Shown in pieces: positions 49,870-63,357 of a stretch of 64,000 bases of DNA. The first letter of the stretch is position 1. Each line of letters opens with the position of its first letter. The position numbers and the translations under genes are program-made. Origin of the DNA: Negaprion brevirostris (taxonomy: Eukaryota); contig JARDVH010000140.1 of NCBI GenBank assembly GCA_030324005.1, positions 25,943,622 through 26,007,621 of the forward strand. Reading direction: 5' to 3'. The notes under the pieces were generated by a model. That model was not told the DNA's origin and did no database searches. It saw only the letters and a program-made list of their open reading frames with translations.

Positions 49870-51160
49870 CTCAGTTCACTATGATCGTCTGTGAGGAACT
49901 GGGAGAGTGTGATTTTGCTTTGCTGGCTTGCATAGAAACCTGGTTTAAGGTACAGGCTACTTTCAGACTCATTCTTCCTCAACATACAAGTATTGGAATT
50001 AACAACTGTGCATAAGGGAGGTACAAACGTCAAGCAGATAGTTGTGGAGGAGTCTTAGACTTTGCAGTTGTCAAACAGATAGAAGGTGTCTGCTATTTGT
50101 GTAGAAGAAGATGAGGTGAATGAGTGGGTTGGTCATAGTACCTTGGCACAGAAAGCTAATCATCTGGGGAGTAAGAAGGAATATAGTGGTAGTTGTGGAC
50201 AGTATAGCAAGGGGGGTTGACACTGTTCCCTGAAGTGAGAGTATAGACATTGTGTTGCCTGCATGGCGCCAGAGTTCAGGATATCTGCTCAGGGCTGGAG
50301 ATTAGCCCACAGTGGGAGGGGAAGGATCCAGTTTTCATGGTCCATGTAGATACCAATGACATAGGCACGGCAAGGAAAGAGGTCCTGAATAGTCAGAATG
50401 AGGAGCTAGGCATCAAATCAAGAAACAGAACCTCAAAGGTATTAACCTCTGCATTATTACCAGAGCTGTGTGCAAATTGGAAGAGGGCAAATAAGATTAA
50501 AGGGATGAATGCCTAGCTCAAAAACTGGTATGGGAGGAGTGGGTTCTGTACTGAGGGAAGTGGGGCCTTTACTGTTGAGCTGGTCTCCACCTGAACCATT
50601 TTGGGATGACTATTCTTGTGAATTGCATAACTAGGGAAGTGTAAGGGGCTTTAAACTGAACACGAGGGGAAGGTTGAGCGATCAAACTTGTGTAGATATA
50701 GTAGATTAAGGGGTAGGTTCCATAGGGCAGGAGACCATAATAGTAATATAGAAAATGAAGGTCATGGAATGGCAGGATAGTGAGACAAGAAAACACCATT
50801 GGTCAAGATTAGATTTTACAAAGATACCAAAAAGACAAAACAAAGGCTCTGCAGCTGAATATGTGTAGCATACAACATAAGTGAATTCATAGCACACATT
50901 GAAGTAAATAAATATGATCTGATAGCTGTTACAGAGACCTGGTTTCAGAATAGCAAGGATTGGGTCCTGAATAATGAGGGGTATGTGACATTCAAGAAGG
51001 ACCGGAAGTTAGATGAAGGGGCAGCACTGTTGGTATAAGATAGCAATGTTAGATAGGTTCTTGATAAGCAAGAGGGTGAAAAGTTATAGAGAGTAGATGG
51101 GAAGTTCAGTCATGATCTTGGTGGAGCAGGCTCGAGGGGCCAAGTGGTCTGTCTCTGCTA
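49870..51160 (+). mobile_element. CR1 LINE 5' part: ORF1 SGNH esterase and ORF2 endonuclease start, then a CR1 tail
   Basis: VVVVDSIARG, CCLHGARVQD, VHVDTNDIG; YDLIAVTETW...GYVTFKKDR. Confidence 0.85.
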
Positions 51161-52405
51161 ATTCATCACCGGAACTCCTCTGCCTTGTCTGTCACAGGCA
51201 AGGGATGGACAATGGAAATGTTGATTGACTTCAGGTGGGAATTTCTTGTCTCACTCAAGCGAAGCGGTAAATTCCTACCCCATAAGTTCATATGTTTACA
51301 ATGAGTCAATACTGTCCCTTGTCATGCAGAAATACCTTGAGCACTTTTTGATCCAAGGATTCTCATGTGAAGTAAAAACATTTAATGGATCTCGCTGCGA
51401 TTGGTAATGATGTTCAGTTAATTTAATCAAATTGCATTTATTGTTCTATGGTCTGTGTGCACAGGGGCTGTATTGGAGGGATTTTGGTCACCCCAGTTTT
51501 GAAAACAGCTGGAGCCCTTTGGGGTTTGAGTGGCTCTATTTTGGTTTACTCAGGTAGTGGAGGAGGAAGAGAATGCAAAGATGTAATGAAAACATGCTAT
51601 ATAGTCGGACTGCTCCCATCTGCCAAACCACCAACCCCCCACCTCCCCCAACTTCCTGCCCAGTATGTTGTACAAGGAAAAGTGCACATTCTGGAAGTTT
51701 CCAAAACATACATTTAGGCTGCACTTCAATGATAGAATTCAGCTGCTTCTTGCAAGAAAATATCTGTCAATCTCTGGAACAAACTCAGTATTGCCTGCTG
51801 CAGTGAAGGTACTGTAGCCTTTAATTATCTTTGCCTCCAGTTGATTCCAGACTGACATAGTGGCATCAGCCTGTCTGCAGTCTGAAAAGGCCGATGATTG
51901 ACACGTTGTTTGCCAGCGAAAATAACCATCACCTTTCCAATGGGTGACTGAAAACACGGGAGCGTGCCTAAATTGCACCATTTCTCATGACCTTGGGTGT
52001 TACAAGTTGCACACATGGTGCTTTGCATTTTCCTAGCATTATAGTGGATTCATCCTGACTGCAAAGGGGACTTGATAAGGTAGAAATGGAAAGGGTGTTT
52101 CCTCTGGTATGCAATCTGGCAACTACCCTTGCAAGGTCCTGCTTTCCTGATTGCACTTCATGATGCCTACTTTACCCTAATTCAGTGCTACTCCTTTGTT
52201 TGACCTGGGTAGAATGTGAGCTCCTTTGGAACCCAGGCTTACTCCAGGCTTTTTGACATCCTTTGGACATTCACAAACACTTGTCATGTATGGATGCAAT
52301 GAGTTTAATGATAAAAATGAACCATCATAAACACATCATATGAATCATGTACAATCATGACAAGCCTCGAGGCCTTTTTCCAGCTACAGTATCATGACAG
52401 TTTGT

Positions 52406-53181
52406 TGTTATAAAATGTTGGTGTTTTAAAGTGTCTTCTTTAATTCAAGGTAAAGTAGAATAGTGGAGAAGGGCATGTGCCCTCATATGAAATCCACCTG
52501 GACTGGAGCCCTTATGACCTTTTTGCCATGTGGACTGGGGACCAGGCTGAAACCTGTTGAGGCACCAGTTTTAACACTTGGACACCAAGGAGGAGGAAGC
52601 TTGCTTAATTACTGCCGCACACACACACTCTCAGAACTGTCAGATTGAGAATTTTGGAGATAGGTGCTGCTGTGCCAAGCAGAAGAAAAGGATTGCTTTT
52701 GAGTTAATCACCAAGAAGTGGGCTGGTGCAAATGGAACCTTGTTTGAAGAAGCAAGGATTTGGGGAGTTAAAAATCAAATAATTGACTGGAAGTCCGTTC
52801 AAATACACTCAGAAGATTGTGTGAAGGGGACTTCATTTAAAAGGCCAATGGGGAATTCTGCCTGGTGGGACAATGAGAAAAAAACCTGTTTGTTCAGTGG
52901 GACAAATTGGGAACTTTAAATACAAGACTGCATGTATGCTGGGTATGTGATGTAACATACAAATGAGCCATGATGCTTTTGATTGTTTTAATTGGTTAAT
53001 GGTGAAAGTAATTATTCTAAGTTTGGTGTATTAGTTGCCTGTTAAATATGTTTAGTCAGCACTGATTTTTAATTTGGCAATTGCAGTAAAAGGCTTAATG
53101 TGAAATCTTGCTATGTAGTCTTTGAGTCAGTCACTTCATATGTAATTTTGAAAGTTATCAGTCTCTGTGGGGATCATAGCA
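52406..53181 (+). mobile_element. Possible solo LTR
   Basis: tgttata ... gggatcatagca termini; non-coding; no TSD confirmed. Confidence 0.35.
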
Positions 53182-53445
53182 CATGCACCATTATGGGTTT
53201 CTGTTTCTGATCTAGTCTCCCTTACAGTATGGAACAAATTAGTAGCTGACGGGAAGAAAGCTCTCAGTCTTCTGAGGTAGGATGTGCGTAAGAGATTGAG
53301 GATGCTACAGATGAGATTGTCAGTTACTGGAATGTGATTCAGGAGCTCTTCATATAATGTCATTTTAGAACCTTTGCATTGTTACCATTTGCTAGATATT
53401 TGACATTACTTCCATCTAAAGTCGATAGGAATTACATCACTACAG

Positions 53446-53844
53446 GTGATTTGACTTGATTTATTATTGTCACACGTATTAATATACAGTGAAAAGAATA
53501 GTTTCTTGTGTGCTATACAGACAAAGCATACTGTACATAGAGAAGGAAAGGAGAGAGTACAGAATCTAATGTTGCAGTCATAGCTAGGGTGTAGAGAAAG
53601 ATCAACGTAGTGTAAGATAGGTCTGTTTGAAATTCTGATGGCAGCAGGGAAGAAGCTGTTCTCGAGTCGGTTGGTACGTGACCTCAGGTGAAAGAGAGAA
53701 TGTCCAGGGTACATGGGGTCCTTAATTATGCTGGCTGCTTTTCCAAGGTGATGGGAAATGTAGACAGGGTCAGTGAATGTGAGGCTGGTTTGCGCAATGG
53801 ATTGGGCTATATTCATGACCTTTTGTAGGTTCTTGCGGTCTTGG
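53446..53844 (-). mobile_element. Rex1/Babar 3' end
   Basis: QDRKNLQKVMNIAQSI..KAASIIKDP..RTNRLENSFFPAAIR; tail tgtgacaataataaatcaa. Confidence 0.9.
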
Positions 53845-54195
53845 NNNNNNNNNNGCAACATACAGGGGAGGGAGGAGGTGACAAGTGCACTAATGCAATT
53901 TGCTCAGTAGGGGGACTAGTAGGAGAAGAATCTGGGGCAATGGACACCTAGATATACTTGTAAGGTGCTTCCTGGCCCAGACAGAGCCTTTAATTTACCT
54001 ATTCTTCCTGTAGCCAGAAACCTTACTGTCATAAGCTTATGCTGGCAAGTCTGAGACTGTGATTGGGGACCTTAGTTAAAATTATGACATTATCAGTATC
54101 CAATCTTAGTCATTTTAATGGAACCTCGGTTCCTTGGAGGCTGGCAGCCTTCCTGAGCCTGAAATCAGGCAGCTAATTATGGGGAGAAGCATGCA

Positions 54196-54465
54196 TGTGC
54201 AGCACAGTGGTTAGCACTGCTGCCTCACACCTCCAAGGACCCGGGATCAATTCCAGTGTTGGCTGACTGTCTGTTAGGTGTTTGCGCGTTCTCCCTGTGT
54301 GTGTTTCCTCCGTGTGTTCTGATTTCCTCCAACAGTCCATGCATGTGCGGGTTGGGTGGATTGTCCATGGTAAATGCATGGGGTTATGAGGATAGTACAA
54401 AGGGAAGGACCTGAGTGGCATTTTCTTCTGGAGAGTTGGTGCAAACCCGCTGGGCCAAAGCCCTA
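54196..54465 (+). mobile_element. HE1/V-SINE
   Basis: gcacagtggttagcactgctgcctcac...ggtgcaaacccgctgggcc. Confidence 0.85.
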
Positions 54466-55306
54466 TTGCCAGGCTAAAATCAAAGCCCAGTTTTTTGAGA
54501 TGGGTTAAAGCCAAGTAAAATCTTTTATCAATATTAAAATACAAACAGTTAAGGGCATTCAAAGTTTCAGATATTGAAGAAATGGTTGATTAATTATTTT
54601 TCCAAAAAGCTTTTGAATTGTTCAATTGGCTTTTCAGTGAATCATCCCATGTTTAAATAGCTTTTTCACTACAGTATATTTTCCTGAATTTATGGTAGTT
54701 TTGCGTTATATGATTTGATATATGGATTTTCTATTGTAACACCATAAGAGTAATGTACATTATTGTGCTGAAGTTTGTCATCACAGCAGGAACTCCTATG
54801 CCAGACTGGAAAGCTGTGGATGTTCCCACCTTAGCAGTTTATGGCACTCTTGCCCATATTTTCAGTATTCAGGCACTTTACAGCCTGATTCCAGGCATTC
54901 TGTCCCTTTAAAAGATAGGAGAACACCCTCCCCCAAGAAATGCTGGCCAATCAGAGAGCTGGCGGCTCTTCCAGCTCAGCAGCCCCACTGGGAGTAGTGG
55001 CCATTTCTGGAATTGTAGCTGCTATAAATGAACAACAAGCTCCCCATAAGGTAATTGGGCTCAGGAATTGCAGGGGGGGAGGTAATGGCTGTTGGTGCAG
55101 ACAAGTGTGGTCCCCAGTCAGGAGGTCTCCTCAACTAGTGCCTAGAGAGAGGGTGCCAAGCTCTACTGGGCATCTCCCCATGGCCAGGAGCCCACCTGCC
55201 ACTGGTNNNNNNNNNNNNNNNNNNNNNNNNNNNNNNNNNNNNNNNNNNNNNNNNNNNNNNNNNNNNNNNNNNNNNNNNNNNNNNNNNNNNNNNNNNNNNN
55301 NNNNNN

Positions 55307-55388
55307 CCCAGTCACCCAAGGCTGGAATCGAACTCAGGCCCCTGGTGCCGTGAGGCAGCAGTGCTAACCACTGTGCCACCATGCCACC
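55307..55388 (-). mobile_element. V-SINE head
   Basis: ggaatcgaactc...gcagtgctaaccactgtgccacc. Confidence 0.8.
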
Positions 55389-57447
55389 TTGGGTAGCCCT
55401 TAAGTGGCCACTGGACAGGAAAGCCTTCTTCCACTTTCTGTGTCTTTGATAAAAATCCATGACATTGGGAAGACAACAGACTCTCCACCCACCCACTGCC
55501 CCTGGCTGCCCTCAAACCGTACCCTCCCCACTTCCCTCAAACTCATCTTCAATCACCATTTGCCCAACTATGGTCATCTAATTCCAAGAAGAATATTCAT
55601 ATCCATGAGACATTGCAGAGGCAACTACAATGTTTACAAACCTCGCAGACATTTAAATTGAGAGAAAGTTTTCAGAAATTAGGATCACTTTCTTTGAAAA
55701 GCTGGTGATTTAATTGAACCATCGAAAAGTTTGAAGGGAACCGAAGAAGTTCATCTTGTCCAATTGTTTCAGACAGGGAAAGTTCAGACATGAAGTACAA
55801 AGGTTAAATTAGGTTTTGGAAGATATTTTAAGAGTATAGGCACATGAGGATATTTAGTGGGATTCAGCATTGCAAAAGTTAAATAATCCTAAGCTTTTGA
55901 CGCAAACTGCTGTCTGTGAAATACACTGCTGTTTGACAGTTGACAAGAGTAGGATGGTACAGCATTATCTCTTATCTATCTTCCCTGACAATGGGAATGT
56001 GCACTGAGGGCTTATTATTGGCTGAAGTATAATCCCCTTTCACTATTTTTCTGTATTAAGCCTTGGTAGCTTGTAGTTTAATATTAAGTTTGCTAGACTG
56101 AAGTTTTATGTCCATTTGATAGGATTAGTTAAGAAAATACTATTTAAGATTTCTTTTCAACTAGAATTGGCAATGTAACTGCAGAAACAAGGGAAGCTTC
56201 TTGGAAAAACTAAAGATAAAGTTAAGACAAGGCAGTGGATATATATGGGCTGAATCCATGATTGGATAGAATGAAGAATATAGAAGATGGGTGAATTTAC
56301 CTGCCATACAATTACTGGGGTATAACTGTAGAGAATCAGGCCTTTTTGTGTTAAGGTGCAGACCAAGGGTACAACGACAGTGTCCAGAAGGTTTACAGGA
56401 CAAAATTGGATCAATGAATTTACATAAATTTCCAAATTACTGCTCAGATGCTATAGGCTGAACTTTGTGAGTTGACTGAACTCCATGGAGGGGCGAAAAT
56501 ATTTTCACACCTGATTGTGGGATTCCTGACTTCATTCCCGGGGTGTGTGATTTTCCGTGGAATCTTTATAAGGGTGCAGGCTCGTTTGGATCATGAACTT
56601 GCACCCTGCATTGCTGATCTGGTCAGCTCCATTGTGGAGATAGGACTGTCCTAGTCCTCAACGGCACAACTGGCAGGATTTCAATCTTATCTCCTGAAAC
56701 TCTGTTCCCCTGGATTCTCAAGTCTGCACTCCAATACTACCTCGTCAGCTCAACTTCAGCCCTTNNNNNNNNNNNNNNNNNNNNNNNNNNNNNNNNNNNN
56801 NNNNNNNNNNNNNNNNNNNNNNNNNNNNNNNNNNNNNNNNNNNNNNNNNNNNNNNNNNNNNNNNAAGCCTTTACTTTATCCCTGTATCTTTGGTAGATGT
56901 CCTTGCAGCTGTCTACCCCGACAAACTCCCCGTAAATCTCCCCCCACCTCCTCTCTGCCTCTCCCTCCCCTCCTTTCAGTCGCTCCTCAAATATCTACCT
57001 CTTTGTCTTCCCGGTGACTTGGCACATTGGGAATTTATTTATAGCATTGAAAGTGGCCATTCATCCCATCGTGTCCATGGCAGCCGACAAGTACTCATGT
57101 AGGCTCAGCTTGTGTTCTGTAACGGTTCACTTAGTTCGTCGCCGTGTACTTTTCGATTTTAAATCTGAGAGTTTCTGCCGCTCCCACCCCTTTAGGCAGT
57201 GAGTTTCAGACCCCCACACAACCCTCTCAGTGAAAGTATTTCCCTCAAATCCTCTGTGAACCTGTTCCTACCCAAAATCGACGCAAAAACCTCAGCCAAT
57301 AGGACTCATGACCCACTGTATCCCAAACCCTCATCGTCTTCTACTTCAGGTCACATCCCCTCAACTTTCCCTGCTCCCAAATCTCCCCTCGCACTCCAAA
57401 CCTCCTCAGTCCCAGCGCAGTTACAACGGGCCGAATGGCCTCTTTCT

Positions 57448-57710
57448 CTTAGCACTACTGCCTCACAGTGTTGGGGACCCGGGTTCAATTCCCGGCTTGT
57501 GTCACTGTCTGTGTGGGGTCTGTACGTTCTCCTTGTGTCTGCGTGGGTTTCATCTGGGTGCTCCTATTTCCTCTCAGTCCAAAAGACGTGCTGGTTAGGG
57601 TACATTGACCTGAATAGGGGTGGAGTGTGGAGACTAGGAAATTTTCACAGTAACTTCACTGCAGAGTTACTGTAAGCCTTACTTGTGACTAATAAATAAA
57701 TAAACTTTTA
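57448..57710 (+). mobile_element. V-SINE (Rex1-like tail)
   Basis: ttagcactactgcctcacag...acttgtgactaataaataaataaac. Confidence 0.88.
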
Positions 57711-57974
57711 ATAGCAATCCTGTAGTTTCATGGTCATCATGACAGAATATTTTTTTGTTTAAAATTCAAGGTATTTCTCCAGTAGAATTTAAAATCCTGC
57801 CCCAGTGAGATTTGAACTCATATCCCCAGATCATTTGGACTGGCCTCTGGATTACAAAGGCGAGGAGTATGAACACTCCAATACCCCATTACCGCACATA
57901 CATTATTTAATATCATATTATAATTAAGTGTTTCATTCTTTAATTTATTTGCACATTTAACAAAGCTGCAACAA

Positions 57975-58432
57975 TAATTAAGAAGCTTGACATTATCCAG
58001 GACAAAGCAGCCCGACTTGATTAGCACCACATCTACAAATATTCAATCCCTCCAACATCGACGCTCAGTAGCAGCAGTGTGTACCATCTACAAGATGCAC
58101 TGCAGCAATTCACCAAAGACCCTTAGACAGCACCTTCCAAACCCATGACCACTTCCATCTAGAAAGACATGGGAGGCAGATACATGTGAACACCAGCATA
58201 TGCAAGTTCTCCTCCAAGCCACTCACCATCCTGCCACTTGGAAATATATCACTATTCCTTGGCAAAATAATGGAATTCCCTCCCCAGTGGCATTGAAGGT
58301 CAAGCCGCAGCACATGGACTGCAGTGATTTAAGAAGATGGCTCACTATCATCTTCTTGAGGGCAACTAGGGACGGGCAATAAATACTGGGCAGCCAGAGA
58401 CACCCATGTCCCAAGGATGAATAAAAAACAAA
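57975..58432 (+). mobile_element. LINE family B 3' end
   Basis: KKLDIIQDKAARLD...SLQHRRSVAAVCTIYKMHC; tail gggcaactagggacgggcaataaatactgggcagccagagacacccatgtccc. Confidence 0.9.
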
Positions 58433-58666
58433 TAAAAAGCTCAGGTACTCTGCAGCAGTGCATCTGCATGAAGGAAAGAAAAAGAAAATGGTGTGAAAAT
58501 GAGATCATCTGACCTGGAGCAGAGCGCCATAATTGAGAAAGGTTCCAGGCAAGGGACAGGGAGAGTTCCCAAAAGAGCAGCCCCAGACAGGGAAGAGAGA
58601 GGATCAGAGAAAATGGCTCCAAACAGAAAAAAGGATGCAATTGGCAGACTTTGTACATTTATTTAC

Positions 58667-59780
58667 CATAAGATGTAGAAGCAGAAGTAGACCATTCGGC
58701 TCATCAGGTCTACTCCTCCATTCAACGAGACCACGATTGAACTGATATGATCCTCAATTCCACTTTTTTGCCCTATCCCTATATCCTTCATTCCATGCTG
58801 ATTAAAAATCTATCCATCTCAACCTTAAACATACTTTACGACCCAGCCTCTAAAACTGTGTCATGGTATTCATGATTCTCTGAGAGAAGAAATTCTCTGC
58901 ATCTGTTTTAAATGGGCACCCCTTACTGTCTGATTATATCCTCTGATCCTAAACTCTCCCACAAGGGGAAACAATCTCTTAGTGTCTACCATGTCAAATT
59001 CCCTGAGAACCCTATACACCTCAATAAGGTGACCTTACATTCTTCCACGCTTCAGTGAGTACGGGCCCAACCTACTTAACCTCTCATAAGAAAATCCCTC
59101 CATACCTCGCATCAACCAAGAGAACATTCTCTGGATTGCCTCCAATGCCAGTATAGCTATCCTTGGGTAAGGAGATCAAAACTGTTCATAGTATTTCAGG
59201 TGTAATCTAAGTGGTGCCTTGTTTGGTTTTAGCAAGACTTCACTAAATTTATACTCCATTCCCTTTGAAATAAAGGCAAATGGAATGTTTGCCTTTCCTA
59301 TTTATTATCTGCTGAACTTGCATGTTGGTGTTTTGTGATTTATGCATGAGGACTGAAATCCTTCTGTGCTGCAGCTTTTTGCAGTCTTTTTCTATTTAAA
59401 TAACAGTCAGTTCCTTTATTCTTCCTTCACATTTTCCTATATTCCATCTGCCGAGTTCTTGCCCACTCATCGAACTTGTCTATCTATTGTAGCCTCTCTG
59501 GGGGGTAGTTCTCCAGCTTTCCAGCCACATGTTTCTTGGTGGTGGGAGGTGGCACGCTGTTCACTGATGGTGGGATTCTCTGGTTCTTTTTCTGGGATTT
59601 TCCATTGATCCCACATTTCTGAGAAACCTGCAGGAAGCACTGCATTACCAGCGGGACTGGAGAATCCCACTGGCGTTAATGGCCGGAGAATTCTCTCCTT
59701 TGTGTCATCCTTAGCACTTGTCTACTTTCCTATTTTTGTGTCATCTGCAAAGTTGTCAATAGTACATTCATTAGTACATC
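58667..59780 (-). mobile_element. CR1 LINE 3' region with nested MITE (59500-59698)
   Basis: Tail cataagatgtagaagcagaagtagaccattcggc; FADDTK reverse complement at ~59735-59752; MITE termini gggggtagttctcc / ggagaattctctcc. Confidence 0.8.
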
Positions 59781-61439
59781 CACATTGGGGCCACTGTTGT
59801 CAAGCCGCCAATACAAGTGATGACTAAGGAGCCGTGGTGTCAGCTTATTGATTAAGAAATGATGTACAGAATGTGCACACACAAACAGTTGGTTCACAGT
59901 GCCCATTATGAAGCAATTACATTAGAATGGGGACAAATAATATTGAAAAAATCTTTACTTTGGAGTTTTCTAAATCTACAAAAGATATAGTTTGTAAATA
60001 AAAAGAATTTCCTTATTGCAAAAATCTTTAGCCTTTCAGAAAAGATGTCGCTTGAACCTGAAGCTGTGCCTCTCTTGTACTGCATGCTTAAATAAGTGTA
60101 TGTTTGTCGATAGCTTCCTGTCCTATAATCCATTATAAAGCAATGAGTTATAATGAAGCATAGCACTTCATTACCAATGATATTTTCTCTATACTCCGTA
60201 CATTTAATGTTCATGTGGCACGTAACCCTTAACAAAGTCAATTGGAATGTCTTGATTTTGTTTTACTTGAGGCCTTGCATTATTTGCTCATTTGTAATTA
60301 ATTTCTGATCTTGAGCTTGGGGAAATTAGGAGATTTATTGAGACCCGGGTATGGCTGGGGTGAGGATAAACCGATAAGTGAAAGAGGTCATGTAAGTTAT
60401 TTTGCGATATTGGTATAGAGACAGAGTATGAGCTGGATTTTGGGGTCCCAGTTGAGATCACCACCAGAGATGAGCAGAGCTAAAATTAGTCCTGCCAGCT
60501 GCCTGTGGCTAATTCCCCAGTTCCATTGGTCCAGCAGGTCTTTTGATGGAGGCAGAATCAGGGCCAGCGGAGCTATCAGCCTCACAGGCGGTGGGTAGCT
60601 CATCAGCAACATTAAGCACCTAAGTGAGGCTAGCTGAAGGAGGAATTTTCCAGCCAGCCTCTAGGTTATTGCTGGCCCTGTGAGCTGATTTAGGTGCCTG
60701 GAGGAAGATATCTGGTGGCCACCCGAGGGTAGGGTGAGAGCTCACCAGGCTGCATAGGGCCCTTTTTGCCTAGGTACAGGAACAACCACATTGGGGATCC
60801 CCCCCATGCCAGTTGTGGCGGGGCTACTGAGTCTGTTTTTGTATTAAAGATTTAAAGAATTTGGTTAGGCCATCTTGAAGTGTCGCCTCTCTTAATTACT
60901 TGCATTGCATCTTGCTGCTTCTTTCAAGCACGACGGCCTCTGGCCCTCCAACCTCCAGCCCACCTGCAGTCTTTAAATAACTTGTGTCCAGGCCTTTAAT
61001 TGGTTGGCCTGGGAATTCACAATTGTTTGCTATCAGGGGTGGATTCAACACACAGGAACAGTCCTGACCTCCCTGTTCCCAGCCTGAGGAGAAAAGAAGT
61101 CAGTTCAATGAATAGGTCATAAAGCCAAGACTTTTGCTTCATGAGCATTTTTGCATTATTTATATCTCAGAAATTGCTGAAAAACAATTATCTGATGGCC
61201 TTGGGGGCAGAATTCTCGCATTTTGAGATTAAGTGCCATGCTGAAGTGGAACGTGGAACAGAGTGGGAAAACAAGGCAAATCTTCCAGCCCTGAGCGCGT
61301 TACTTAAGTACCCGGGTGTTTCACGTCATATTTCAGACATGGAACAAGCCTGGATGAAGTGTTATCTGTGTCGTGCCCAGGTCATACATAGAAAAGCCCA
61401 ACATCACTGGCCCACTATTAAACAGTTAATGGAAGGCCC

Positions 61440-62125
61440 TTGTGGAGTGCTGATCAACAGAGTGACCTAGGGGTGCAGGTACATAGTTCCTTGAAAGTGG
61501 CCTCACAGGTAGTCAGGATGGTGCAGAAGGTGTTTGGCACACTTGCCTTCAGCAGTCAGAGCATTGAATACAGAAGTTGGGGCACTATGTTACAACTGTC
61601 CAAGACATTGATAAGGCCACATTTGGAATACTGTACAATTCTTGTCACCCTGCTACAGAAAGGATGTTATTAAACTGGAAAGAGTGCAAAAAAGATTTAC
61701 AGGTTGTTACTGGGACTGAAAGTTTTGAATTGTAAGGAGAAGCTGGATAGGCTGGGACTTTTTTCCTGGAGTGTAGGAGGGAGGATGTGGGATGACCTTA
61801 TAGAGGTTTATAAAATCATGAGGGGCATAGATAATGTGAATAGCAAAGGTCTTTACTTCAGGTTAGGGGGCATCCAAAACTAGAAGGCATAGGTTTAAGG
61901 TGGGAGAGAAAGATTTAAAAGGAACCTGAGGGGCAACTTTTTTCACACAGAGGGTGTTGTGTATGGAATGAGCTGCCAGAGGAGATAAAAGAGGCGGGTA
62001 CAATTGCAACATTAAAAAGACATTTGGACAGGTACATGGCTGGGAAAGGTTTAGAGGGATATGGGCCAAACACGGGCAAGTTCAGTTTTGGAAACCAGGT
62101 CCAAATGGACGAGTTGCTTATAACT
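61440..62125 (+). mobile_element. CR1 LINE 3' end
   Basis: DLGVQVHSSLKVASQV..LIRPHLEYC; DLIEVYKIMRGID. Confidence 0.9.
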
Positions 62126-62679
62126 CTGACTCCACTGAAGAAAGAAGATGGACCACCTGAAAATTAAGGTAGATCTCTGGGAATACTCTGTGACTCGAAG
62201 ATGGACCATCTCAGAATTAAGATGTTTCTCCAGGAGCATTGTCAGACTGGATGGTGGAACCCTCCAGGGCACTTAACCTGAAAAGTCCATCTGCAGATGC
62301 TGTAGTGTTCTAGGGTCCAGGGTGTTGGGTAACCTCCATCCTGAACTCTGGAGGCAGCCCCAGCCATTGTTCAGATGAGTTCTGACACCGGCACACCACA
62401 TTGTTCCACACTGGTGTTTCTTTTTGTCACTTTCATGGAGAATCTGACACGTGCGGTTCAGGGCTTCATCTGCATCCCATTGACGGTATGCAAATGAGGC
62501 CTCCAGTGAGTTCCAAACTGCCATGGTGGGCACCAGTGGAGGTCCTTCTGTAGATTCACACCAGCTTGAAACCCATTTCTGGGCCTCATGCCACATTTGC
62601 CTCCAACTGCCTGCCATCAAACTCACTTATGAGAGCTTGGTAGAGTTCTGTCCTAGATTTCTATTGGTAGCATAACTAT

Positions 62680-62930
62680 AATCATAGATCATAGAATTCC
62701 AAATTGCAGAAGGAGGCCATTCAGCCCTTTCAGCCTGCACCGACAATAATCCCACCCATGCTCTATCCCCATAACCCCACATATTTACCCTGCTAATCCC
62801 CTTGACAATATACCAGGGCCAATTATCCTAATCCATGCATCTTTGGAGATTGGGAGGAAACTAGAGCACCCAAAAGGAACCCACGCAGAGACGGGGAGAA
62901 TTGCAAACTCTGCGCACGCCCCCAAGGCCA
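62680..62930 (-). mobile_element. HE1/V-SINE (CR1-type tail)
   Basis: atcatagatcatagaattcc...ccacgcagagacggggagaa. Confidence 0.8.
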
Positions 62931-63282
62931 TATTGGCACTCAGCCAAAACTTCATTCACTGCATCAGGACCAGAGAATCCCAGCCATGGACAAGATCGGA
63001 GAATTCCAGCCCATGTGTCTAGAGATGGTGAGCTAAGATATATCTAGGCCAGATTGAGATCCACTGGAAAGGGTGTTAAACAACAGAGCAGCAAATGGGC
63101 TTGCTAAAATTAATCAATTTCTCTTGTTCTTAACAATATTTGTGTTTCTCAAAGGATTTTAACCAGCAGAAACGCAATGTATGACAAAGGAACAGTCGTC
63201 CCAAGGCATTTAGTGATGGTATCAACATGCTACTGATGGACATGAGAACTGCAACAAACTTAACCAGCATTACACTATCATT

Positions 63283-63357
63283 TTTGGCTGATAGGATTAA
63301 GGAGAATCCTAAGGCGTTCTATAGGTATGTCAAGAACAAAAGGTTGGTTAGGACTAG
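63283..63357 (+). mobile_element. CR1 ORF2 fragment
   Basis: LADRIKENPKAFYRYVKNKR; runs into a gap. Confidence 0.75.

Larger units (their letters stand above)
61203..63012. mobile_element. Harbinger-type DNA transposon remnant interrupted by CR1 and SINE
   Basis: TIR-like ends ggggcagaattctc / gagaattccagccc. Confidence 0.5.
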
